From the NCBI RefSeq assembly GCF_964355755.1, contig NC_092675.1, positions 10,163,812 to 10,227,811 of the forward strand: a stretch of 64,000 nucleotides of DNA. Direction: 5' to 3'. Source of the DNA: Antedon mediterranea. Lineage: Eukaryota; Animalia; Echinodermata. This document shows, in pieces, positions 37,380-48,692 of this stretch (positions are counted from its first letter, which is position 1; the number at the start of each line of letters is the position of its first letter). A program made the position numbers and the translations under genes. The notes beneath the pieces were generated by a model, which saw only the letters and a program-made list of their open reading frames with translations, did not search any database and was not told the DNA's origin.

Positions 37380-38620
37380 TATGGTACATGAAAAAAAGGT
37401 TCTCGTATTCATGAAAAAAAAAAATAAAATACATAATATAATACAAAGTTAAAAATAAATATTTTTATGGTTAAAATTAGACTTGTTTTACTGCATGTGA
37501 GTTGTTGTTTTTACTTAAAATGTTGAGAGCATCATCTTGCATTCATTCCTTGGTGATGAGTTGTGGTAGTTCTCGTACATGAAAAGAAAGAAAACAGAAT
37601 TACATATAATACAAAGTTATAAACAACATAAATATTTGTATGGTTAAAATTTCGCATATTAGACCTGAAATTTAACTGTCATTTGTTGTTTTTACCTAAA
37701 ATGTTAAGAACATCATCTTGCATTAATTCCTTGGTGATGAGTTGTGGTAGTTCTCGTACATGAAAAGAAAGTGTATAAAAGTTATAAACAACATACATAT
37801 TTGTATGGTTAAAATTTCGCAAGTTAGACTCGAAGTTGTTGTTTTTACCTAAAATGTTGAGACATTATCTTGCATTAATTCCTTGGTTGTCGTAGTTCCC
37901 GTCGTACATGAAAAGAAAACAATATATAAATTTATAAACAAATATTTATAAGTAAAACGTTTGGTTTAACAGTTACAGGCTACCCTCGAAATATATGATT
38001 GGTTAATTACTTACCTAACATTTCGGGGACATGTTGTTGTGGTGGTTGCAGTAAATCTAGGGAAAAAATACAAAGCTATGAAACAATAATATTTGTGTGT
38101 AAACGTTTAATTCAACTAGGTTAAGCCAGACTCAACCTTAAATTAATAACGAATTTGATTGTTTTACATGAAATATATATATAACTTTTGCTTGAACATC
38201 ATCTCCAAGTCGATTTCTTGGTAGGTTGTAGAGTAGTACCCTCGAAAAGAAGTAGAAATCAAAAGAACAGAATTCAGAGTTATAAAAATTAACTTACAAG
38301 TGTCAAACTACTAAGTTAATAATTATATTATTTTTATTGAAATTAATTAAAATTGCGATTGAATATTCTTACCGGTATTCATCCGAGATATCAGTCGTGG
38401 CAGGGTTTCGTGAAAATGAAAAAAAACCCAACAAATTATAAAGTTATACTAACTGTAAGCCCACAGTACTTTTTTAAGTATGCTAAATCTTAAAAGTAAA
38501 AAAAAAAATATTTTTTTAAATACAATACAGTAAGTATTTTACCTATGACGTGTTAAAGGATTGTCCTGAATAAACGTCATGTATACCGTAGTTGCTGTTT
38601 CGTTGGCAAACTAAGATAGA
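37380..38620 (-). repeat. Tandem array of about 170-180-bp units, each resembling a micro-exon plus intron
   Basis: Three similar units (37500-37920) read on the minus strand as polypyrimidine, (V)RELPQLITKELMQDDVLNIL, GTAAAAAC. Further exon-like cassettes with AG/GT borders occur at about 38015-38056 and 38543-38610. Confidence 0.5.
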
Positions 38621-39084
38621 AAAAAAATACAATAGCATTAACACATTATAATAACTAATATAGGAATAATATTTGCAATACAATGAACTCGAGGATGCCT
38701 TTATGTTTCTCAATATAGTATCATTAGCATTATTTATTATATATTAAAAGAATTATTATAGTGACAAATCTAGCTAGTTATTTACATTACATTTTTAATT
38801 TATTAACTGTACACAATACACAATAATTAATAAAAAATCGTATATACTTACTTAGATACAATACTTACCAATAGCAACAGGTTCGTTTTAATATTGTTAT
38901 TGTTACATATACTATTATTATATTTATTTTAAGTATGAACATAAGACACTTAAAGAGAGAGAAACAAACATTGATGAATATGTTTTTTATATTATTACTG
39001 ATGTTTACATTATCAATATTACTACTATATTATTCGTTTAATATTTTAACGACGCCACGAATGTGAATAATAAAAAAATTATGT

Positions 39085-40323
39085 TTAAATCAAACGCTGG
39101 TTAATACCCCGGCATGTTGGAATTATCTTTTCATTTTCTTGGATGGTATTCAAGATGTTAATTACAAGACCTAGAGATAGCCGATCATCCGCATTGAATG
39201 CCGTACAAGCCTGTCCAAGGTCAATCATCTCCCTACTTCCAATTGCTAGTGCTATGATTTTCAAAGCATGACCGACGGAATACACGTCACCCTTAACTGA
39301 ATCGCAAGCACCATTAAGATATTTTTCTGGTGCTAAGTCTGGATAATCTTGTCGGAACTTCAGGCCCTCGTCCATCGATGAAAAGGTTAACTTCTTATGT
39401 TCTCTTGGGTATTGCAGTCTGCATGCCATACCGAAATCTGTAATCTTCGCTTTATATGTGGTCCCATCGTGGTGGATTAAGATATTTCTAAGCGCTACGT
39501 CATTGTGAAGCAGTCCTCTTTGATGGATGGTATTGAGGGCAGTGACCACTTCTATTGCCATAGACATACATTCAAGCGCACTTAATGAAGGTTGTCCTGT
39601 TTGCAATACCTGCAGAAATGTTGTACTGGACATGTTTCGAATGTTGCCAATAAACTCCTGTACCATACAGCATACTTGACCTTGGCGAAAAACGCCAAAG
39701 ACTTGAGGAACAGAAGGTAGATCGTATAAAAACTTCATAACACGCGCTTCCATAACCATCTGGTACCATGCTTCATCAGGATTGTTATAACTATCCAAAA
39801 AGGCCGTTTTGACTGCGACAAGGAGTTGATTACCTGGAAAAAGATTTGATGACATCAAGTCAACACGTCCATAACTTCCCTGCCCAAGACGTACGGGATT
39901 ACAAAGGTGAGAGACGCATGTGCTATCCAATAACCTCATAGGCGGCAGCATTTCCGAAAGTTTTGCTGTAGCATCTCTACAGTTAAGGACGGATGTTGGT
40001 GAGGTGGTGGTGTTACTTGTCGACGCACTATCGAAGCTACTTACAGATGACAATGGCCATTGCGATGAAGAAGATGATGAAACACTACCCAAACGTTTCC
40101 TTTGTGAAAGCTTACCAGTTGATAACGCGGATGTTGGTTTTTTTAAAATACACCGGGATGGAGAAGCGGTAGATGCCGAGGATGATGACGCCGCACTACG
40201 ATCACGTTGCCTTGGGAGACTGATCTTTCCGGATGACAGACCTGGTATGGCAAGTATTTGGCCAGGAGAAAGCGCGAATGTCGATGACCGTGGCCTCACA
40301 GACGATTGTGATGATGATGGTGG

Positions 40324-40359
<36 letters not shown>

Positions 40360-41949
40360 CGACGACGACGACGACGACGATGACGACGACGACAATGACG
40401 ACGACGAAGATGACGAACTCAAGTTGCTTTCCGCTGATTCATCACTTCTGATACAAAAAAGATGAATTACTGCTGTCCAAATCCTTCTAAATATTGACTT
40501 TCTTCTTTCTCTCTGGGGTACATCTTGTTGAGATCTACTTAATTCAAAACAAAACATAATTAATTCATAACACTAACAGTTACACTAGATTATTCGATAA
40601 TAATTTCAATAGTAGACCAAGTTCCAGTAGTACTAAAGTAAAGAATAGCGATCAGCTTTGTAGGCCTACACTCAGCATGTTATCAGGGCTATGCCATACA
40701 AAAACTATCCTAGTATTAGTAAGTTCAGGAGCTAGTCTACAAATTACAATCACGTTTCTGCCTACCTTGACTACAGCAGAGCCAAGAACTAGGCCTAGCC
40801 TAGGCCATGGCTGTATTTATTATTTATTATTACATAGAGGCAGTAGGAATAGGTCTAGGCTAGTTAAGTGGCCTACTTAATCTACTACGTAGGCTAGTTA
40901 TAGCGCCTAATTACCTAGGCCTAAGAATAAGATTTCTATTAATTATGCCTAGGTTAGCTTAGACCTAGTTTAGCTAGTCTACCTATCTAGTGTACTATTA
41001 CTAATAGACCTGCTTCAAGGCCCTACCTATGTTGAAAGTCTCTCTCTAGTCTAGCCTACAGTTTGGCCTAGTAGATAGAGGCTAGACCTGGGCTACCTTT
41101 TAATTAGTACTAACTATACTACTACTACTACTACCTAACCTAGCCTAGTAATTTATCCTACTAGGCCTAGGCCTACTACTAGCGATAGGCTATATATTTT
41201 AGTTTTACGCACAGACCTCTAGGCCTAGCTAGACTAGGATTAGGAAAGAGGGCGTAGGCTTAGGCATCTAGCCTCTAGGCTTGTAGGCTAGACCTAGTCC
41301 TAGCTAGGGCCAGGCATAAGCTAGAATACTATTTATTACGCCTACATGGCATAGGCCTAGAGAGGCTAGTCTGCTAGTTTAGTCTACGCCTAGGCTTAGT
41401 AGAGTAGATAGGCCTAGGCCTAGCCTAGGATTTTGCCTTAAATAACAAATTACCACATTATATTGGTTAAGGCTAGGCCTACCCGCACTACGGGTAGGCT
41501 AGGCCTGGCCTAGGGCCTACGTAGTTACTTAGTAATAGTAGGCCTACCAACTAGGGCCTAGGCTAGGTTAGCTAGGGCCTAGGTCCTAGGCCTACCACAG
41601 TACTAGCCTACTCTAGTAGGCTACTACCTAGGCCCTAGGCCTACTACTAAATTAAAGAAAGGGGCCTATCTAGCTAGGCCTAGGTAGCTAGCGAGGCCTA
41701 GCTAGGCCAAGGCTAGTTATTATAGAATAGGCTAACCTAGCCTAGTAGGGTAGGCCTCCTAGGCTAGGGCCTGTCATTTTATAATAGTTGGGTAGTCCTA
41801 GGCCTAGTACTTAGGCCTAGGCTAGGCTAGGCCGAATAAAACAAACAAAACATTTGTTCAAGTCCAAAAAAAAAAGCATGGGCTTACCCTTCTTCATTTG
41901 GTTGGTCCATGATGCCTTGTTGAAGCTCAATCGATTTGTTGGTGGCCAT
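39085..41949 (-). CDS. Divergent protein kinase (TK/TKL-like) with an N-terminal Ser-rich region. Two exons: 41949-41888 and 40534-39085
   Basis: Motifs LGQGSYGRV, VAVK, MEARVM, HNDVALRNIL, ITDFGMA, LAPE, DVYSVG, conserved R (DDRL). Exon 1 MATNKSIELQQGIMDQPNEE-GG|gtaagc (phase 2) joins the acceptor ttaagtag|A-TCT (phase 2) in frame. Confidence 0.85.
40309..40415. repeat. Compound (GAT)n/(GAC)n trinucleotide repeat encoding the kinase poly-Ser tract
   Basis: Seen directly; reads TCA/TCG codons on the minus strand. Confidence 0.95.
40650..41835. repeat. Low-complexity tract saturated with TAGGCCTA/CTAG/TAGCTA palindromic motifs (kinase intron 1)
   Basis: Dozens of AGGCCT and CTAG words with no fixed periodicity. 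Confidence 0.85.
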
Positions 41950-42108
41950 TGCTTGGTGGTTTAAACAGAATCTTAGAATACTTAGTTTTCGAATTCGAAT
42001 TTTGCTTAGTAACACGTTATGTGAAGACTATACACATCACACATTAAAACAACTGATGATAGAGATAGATCTCAGGTTGTTGTCGATTTTTAGGTAGCTG
42101 ATGCGCTG

Positions 42109-42116
42109 CTTATATA
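42109..42116 (-). promoter_or_regulatory. TATA box of the kinase gene
   Basis: TATATAAG on the minus strand, about 160 nt upstream of the exon 1 ATG. Confidence 0.55.
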
Positions 42117-44011
42117 GATAATAAGTAGCGCGTATGCGTGCACGTTCGAAATGCATCTTTTTGTTCTACGCGCGGTGAAAAGAACGGTCGGAATGTTCTA
42201 TGGTTGCCATGATACGCTTTTCGAAATTCCATCGATCATTTTCGTACAGTAGGCCTACAGGACAAAGGCCGGTATTCATGAAAAAGAGAGGAAATTCAGA
42301 TACATTACAAAAATAGCAATAATTAAAAATGTTTTTTTCCTTATTATATTGAGCTTTTAAGATTATACATAACTGCCCGGCGAATGGAAAAGTTAGGATT
42401 AAAAATATCATTTTTCAGTGTTTAGAATTTCCTCTCTTTTTGTGTTACAGAATGAAAAAAGAAGAGACCGAAAATGATCAAATAATTTAAATCAAACAGG
42501 AACAAATATCAAAGTTGGATCATCAGGTTGAAAAACTGAACAGCGAGTTAGTAAAATAAACATCTTGGATTTTTAAAACAATATAGGCCTAATGTTTAAA
42601 AAAATACAACTGTTTCGTTTTACATTTTTTAGATATGATGATGAAGGAAGATTTAAAATCAAAGTTTGTGAACTTGGAGATGGATTAAAACTATAAAAAC
42701 AAAATATTAATTGCTTGCTTAAACAATATTTTAAAGCCTTTTCAACCTCCATTGACGTAGGCGTTAAACACTTATAGCTGGCTGTTCAAGGCTTGGTTCT
42801 CATATGAACAACCCTGGAAAGTCAGAAATTGCAAAATAAAATTGCCCTCTAGCATTTCTAAGATGTTTTCATCATTTTATTTCTAGACATGCAATTTTAA
42901 AAGAAGAATTGAAGTTAAATGATATAAAATTTCTTCAACTAAAGAACAAATATGAAATTCTTGTTGTAGAGTAGGCCTACGTATTTTTCATAATTATAGG
43001 TACAAATTATATAATTATTACACGAATGAATCCATGTGATAAGCTTTTAGATGCGTTGGTATTAAACATTTATATCACAAATGTAGCATGTTATCATAAT
43101 ATGTTTTTTGGATGTTTTATATTATTATGCCTATATGGAGAGAAAACCAAATTGGAAAAGAATGTGTTGATAATCATCATCATATTTATTTAGGATAAAG
43201 ATGATTATATGTTACCTCACAAACACAGTTTTTCTAAATCAACCCAACACATAGGGCATAAACAATGTTTTGCAATAAGGGAAAAGAAGAGTTGTTCAAA
43301 TTAAAGCGCTATAACAATGATCTCTCCAGAGAGTAAGTATAAGTGTCTTCAACAAACAAGTCTTCATATGAGAAGTTAAGCACAAGTAAATTTCGAGTCT
43401 TATTTATTCTTCTAATTTATTATTAAAGCCTTCAGATAATTTGTTTTGAGAGGGTGAAGTCGAGTAAGAGCTTTTTATTATTATTATTATTATTATCATC
43501 CACGGTTTGTCTATTAAACAATATCCTCATTTGCAACAGATGCTGAATTGATACAAAATAAATATTGCAGTTTTATACTGCAAATGAAAGCCAAATAAGA
43601 ATGGACTGTCACTCAATTATAAACTGAACGATAATTATAATCTAACAAATGTATTCTTAAATCATCAACGATAACACTTTCAAAATGGTAATGAAGTCGA
43701 TTATTTTATATTTTATAATGCTATATACATTGTTTGCCAGGTCAAATGATAAATACGAAGAATTAATGAAAACATTCAATGAAGGAAGAACAGAATTAAA
43801 TAAAGTTTCAGATGGAATGGTTAAATTAACAAAAACGTAAGTACAATGAATAATGTACATGCGATGCAACGGAGAAAAAGATTGATGTTGAGCCGTTTTA
43901 TTTAATTATAAAAAAGAATTTATAATTCTACATTTATCCAATGAAAATACTCATATGCAGTACTGTACATAAAATAAAAGAAAATTAATATACTGTACTA
44001 AAAAATGTTAA

Positions 44012-44220
44012 AGACGTATTGTCCATTGAAACACAAAAAAATGAAGGTCAAAATATTCTAAATTTAAATTGGCCATATCAAAGTAATATTAAAGTTATTC
44101 ACTTTAAGTCGAAAATTTAAGCCAAAAACAAAAAAGTTTACGTAATTAACAGGTAAATTAATTTGATTATATTTCGTCTGAAAAATCGTCGCAAGCGAAA
44201 GTAAACAGATTTCAAACCAC
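44012..44220 (+). mobile_element. Left part of the Kolobok-like family seen at 6378
   Basis: TTAA|AGACGTATTGT...; colinear with 6378-6577. Confidence 0.8.
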
Positions 44221-44750
44221 TAGTCCAAGAGCATTAGGGTTTGACCCGGACATTTCTGGTAACAAGCTAATTTTTTCAGGAAAGGTCCAGAACTATGATT
44301 GGAACATCATACTAAAAGTCCTGAAAAATCCTCCTTGTGCTCTCCGAGAAATTCAAGATAGCGTCCAAAATGGCGGCCATTTTAATTAGTCTATAACTTT
44401 GTAACCGCTTGTCGTAGAGTATTGATTTTGGTGTCAAATAGTTCACGATATATACATTCCTATTTACTCTAACAGAAAATGTTGTCAAAAAATGGTCGCT
44501 ACTGCAGTTTCTGGCAGTTTGACCTTTGACCTGGTCTTATCTCGGTAATGGCTTATCACAGAAAATTGGGATTAGGCCCAAATTGTTCAGAACATACATA
44601 TATTTATTTGGTGTAATGAAATATTTTATCCCAAAATGACCGGAAGTGAGGTTATTGACCTCTTATTGACCTATTCATATATCTTTTACCGTATCTCAAG
44701 AAATATTATATCGTATAGCGTTACTTTTGGTGTAAATCTTGTAAATTATG
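44221..44750 (+). mobile_element. Orphan terminal fragment of an Academ-like element
   Basis: Starts TAGTCC exactly where Kolobok homology stops. Contains AAAATGGCGGCCATTTT and TTGACCTTTGACC like the arms at 16471-17260. No partner end found. Confidence 0.55.
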
Positions 44751-47257
44751 AATTTTGTCTTATAATTTATAAGAACTGGAAACATAAAAGCAACGTTGTT
44801 AACGTACTAGCAACCCTGGTACATAGAGTTAAGGTGGTTTACTATTAGGCCTAAAAAGTAGTATAAACACGTCATCATAAATCAAACAACTTAATCATTA
44901 TCCAATTTTAAGATATTGTTTTGTTTCCTGAATAAGTCTTTAACTTCATGTTGGTTCAGTTTAAAATTGGAAAAAGAATCACACTCACAATTACGTAAAG
45001 AATTCGACAGCAACTTTACAGGTCACAAAAACAAGGCTTTGAGTGAAGAAAATCTTTGGCTACAACAAGTTTTTGAAGATACAGAATTAAAAAGGAGAAA
45101 GTAAGTAAAAATTATTTGACCAATGCAATAATACACATTGCCTTTTGAGGTATGTACACAATTAAATGTCAGATTTTTTGGATATGTTGTCTTGGTTAAT
45201 TTGTTTTGTTTGTTAGGCTTTTCCTCTGTTTATTTATTCCCCTCCCCCCCCCCCCCCCCACTTCTTTATTATTCGTATTGAGACCACATTGTTTGCTGAA
45301 CGCACTACAAATTATGTTAAAATTAACATTAATATTAAATTTATGATAATCCTGGTAGAAAATTATTTTATTAAATATTAAATAGCATAAAATTCATTTT
45401 ATAGATATGAAGGAAAATACATAGAAACGAAAGCCGATCTGTAGGAAGCTAAACAGTTGCTAATAAAGAAGATTAAGAAAACAAGCAAAAATGCCAGAAG
45501 TCTTGCGTAAGTAGACAAAAGTTACTAATCACAAAAACAATATTGATTGTTTATACAGTACAAAGAAAACTTATTTGCCTGCAGTATAATAAATGTATTG
45601 ATATCAGTTTTTAATGTTTGCATTTTAGTAATTGATATACCGGTACTATTTAAATGTATGCATACATTGAGAATAATAATTATTAAAAATTATAAATCAA
45701 TTAAACCTAAGTTGTATGGAGGGCAATACATTGAAGTCATATATTCACCTTTAGTTGCAAACAATAAATGAAACACATTTTACAGGTTGTGATGAAAATG
45801 TAAAGAAATTGCAAGAACTTAGGGGACTTCTAAAGGCAAAAGAAACAGAGGCATTTGAAATGTCTCACGAAATGCAAAGGTAAGAAAATGTTATCGCATT
45901 GTAACCAATATTATGGACATTCTAATGGTTTTGTTATGAACAACAAACATTCGACACTATTTTGCCACAACCATCGTCTTGACAGTCGAAAGTCAATGCT
46001 AGAAATCAAATTGTCGCGCTATTGTTAGTTAAACTGATCGTTTTCAAACAAACTTTGAACGATCAACAATGATAGTCAACTGGAAAACAGGCTTCAACCT
46101 TTACTTTTCCTAGCATTACGCGTAGGCCAAGTCGAACGATTTTAGTCGAAATAGCAAGGCATTCTCAACTTTACCTTCCTTTGACTTTAATAGTATTTAT
46201 TCGTCAAACGAACTTACTTGCTTAATACTTCTACCATGGAAGAGTTAATAGCAACTACTGTATTTATTTTACAGATTGAGTTTAAATCGTGGTCAACAAA
46301 AGAAAAAATTAAAAAAGAGACCAGAACAAGAGAAGTGTCTTAAACTGAAGCAAAAGGGCAAAGCAAATCACTGAAGCATCTGTTACCTCAGCAGCATTCA
46401 TTTTATAACACAATGATGAAGAACAGACTCGTGTAAACCGATTTACAGAAGTCTATTTGAGAGATACTACTTAAGAACCACTATTATGCCATTTCCGTGA
46501 ATGGATTTAAACGTGAACGTATACATCACCCCTCAAAACATCAACTGTTAACTATCATTTTAAAATACATACAAACATAGGGAAAAAGGGCAATAATTAG
46601 CATGATTTAGGATGGTTAAATCATAACGAGTATCTTTTTTAATTTAGCCAAAGCCACCTGGGATAAACAGAAATATGATGGCCAACAATATGGAGAAAAA
46701 CAATGAAAATGGACCTGAAATTATAGATGCTGAAGCCAATCATCTGCAAGCCTCAAGTAGGCCTACAACAGATGTTACTGATCCTTTTGGCAGACCTGCA
46801 TCTAAAGTTTCTTCAGTTCAGTCTGATAATTCCGGTTCATTGACATTAGTAAGCTCATCTGTCAGTAAAGACAAAGATAAGGTTGGAGCCAGTACTGATA
46901 ATACAGCAGACAGAAAAGAATTAAAGCACAGCATTGTAGACGTTGGTAAAGAGAGTAAAACTGCTGACGTCAGCACTGCTCCACAATGCTGAAGAAAAGT
47001 GGGATATCAAGATTAAATAATGATGAACAATAATGAGATGACAATTAATGTGACATTTTGTAAAATAATTTTATAACGATAATGATTGGGAAATTAATTA
47101 GAGCGTTTATTTTTAATATCTGCATGATTCTTTGTTGATAACACATTTTTATAACATAATTATCATAACTTTCAATTGTTGAGTGTAGAACAAAATACAT
47201 GTTATAGCTTTTGGTGTGGTGTGAATATTATGTAAATCTTGATGAGTGTACTGTACT

Positions 47258-47760
47258 CAGTTGAAGCATGAGCGGTCACCGCCCGTAAGCGGCTACCTCC
47301 CTTAACGGCCGCACTTCCAAAAGCCCGTTTGTTCTTCCTATCTAATTAGTGCATTTGGTACCTTCCGTAAGCGACCGCGGCCACCTTTTTTAAAGTAAAA
47401 AATTGATTTTTTATATGGTAAATTACCTCCCATAAGCGGCCCAAAAAATTCGTATTGACTATTGATTTTTGCATATTGCATAACCGTTAAATAAATGGAT
47501 AAATACTAGTAGGCCTACATCTGACGTTTTTAATCATTACTTTTAGATGAGATGAGAAAAATACACAGATTTTGATCGACCATTGTCATGCATAAAGCTT
47601 TTAATTGTCTGATAATCATAATACCTGATCCTAAACAATAAATACAATTAGCTCGAGGATTTAGATGCCGAAAAATATCATGCATAGCCATTAATACGTG
47701 ATCTTGACCCTCTATCGACAGAACCTCCCGTAAGCGGTCATTTCCACTTTTTCCGGTCGC
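47258..47760. mobile_element. Degenerate Tc1/pogo-like MITE
   Basis: Repeated ACCTCCCGTAAGCGG motifs at about 47280, 47365, 47425 and 47722. Clean TIRs and TSD not resolved. Confidence 0.4.
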
Positions 47761-48375
47761 ATTATTTTTTTCCCTATTAGGTTAAGGCAGAAACTATAGA
47801 GGAATCCTTACATGAATATTCATGATGTGACGGAAAACCCTGGAAATAGTTTTCACGCGGTAATCGAAAATGATATCTCGTCGCGCTGCTAGGGTAGCTG
47901 CTGCAAAAACTCACCAACCATGTACCGCACCTTCGTACATGGGAAAATCCATGAACAGCTAATGCAAAATAGTTGAGGAGCCAGAAAGGGTTTACGTGCA
48001 CCCTCTAGCAAACTATGTTAACAATGTTTTTTTGCTTCCTTATATCAATACAAATCAATTTTTTGCTCTTGGCCGAAACAAAATTGGGATGCTTGGTCAG
48101 TACAGCGGCTAAAAGGTCAATATGGTCAAAGTTAGAACTGTGCGTAACTTGGTAACTACTAGGTGTATTGGAATATTTTTTGTACCAAACTACTCAGAAG
48201 ACCCATATTTCTATTCACTCGAATGGAAAACTTTTGCAAAAATATCAATATCTCAGCAACCACTAGTCAGAATGTTGTCTTTGCTTAATATCAAAATACA
48301 CTCATATTGATATCACTCTAATGAACAAGTGCCAAAAGACATATCATGGAAATATTTAGCAGCCAGGTCAAAAAA

Positions 48376-48692
48376 TGAGTGAGTGGCCGAGCGGTTAAGA
48401 CAGTGGAACCGTAATTACGTAGCCATAACATCGGCAGGGGTTCGAGGCTCACTCACTCCATGGTTCTGGTGGTAGAACGAGTTTTCTCGGATAAGTACTA
48501 TAAACCGTAGGTCCAGTGTACACATCTAGCTCGTGTGCCCTTTAAAGAACCTGTACACCTTTCGAAACGAGTAGGGGTTACCCCGGTGTATTAGTACATC
48601 ACAGCCACTGATCACCAACTGGGCCCTCTGGGAGACCAGTCTTCGACTGAAGAGGTTACCCAGTATAAATATATATTTCAATAAATCAATCA
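48376..48692 (+). mobile_element. Full-length tRNA-derived Deu/Nin-like SINE, same family as 29410-29726
   Basis: Box A TGGCCGAGCGG, box B GGTTCGAGGC, near-identical to the 29.5-kb copy, (TCAA)n tail. Confidence 0.85.

Larger units (their letters stand above)
42451..46992 (+). pseudogene. Multi-exon coiled-coil protein pseudogene. Exons include 42451-42546, 42887-42970, 43741-43836, 44960-45100, 45405-45506, 45786-45879, 46275-~46430, 46648-46992
   Basis: Series of AG/GT-bounded, K/E-rich exons with phase-2 borders (e.g. HAILKEELKLNDIKFLQLKNKYEILV; SNDKYEELMKTFNEGRTELNKVSDGMVKLTK). In-frame stops at 42488-42490 (TAA) and 45442-45444 (TAG), and a 94-nt frameshifting exon. Confidence 0.65.

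Noticed and set aside
39920-40465. 181-aa poly-Asp ORF (and 40233-40451 poly-Met/Thr ORF) on the + strand
   Set aside because: Antisense shadow of the kinase poly-Ser trinucleotide repeat.
40535-40557. ATG at 40557 as kinase start (single-exon 490-aa ORF)
   Set aside because: It lies in a T-rich acceptor tract. A phase-compatible upstream exon with a TATA box is the better model, though not proven.
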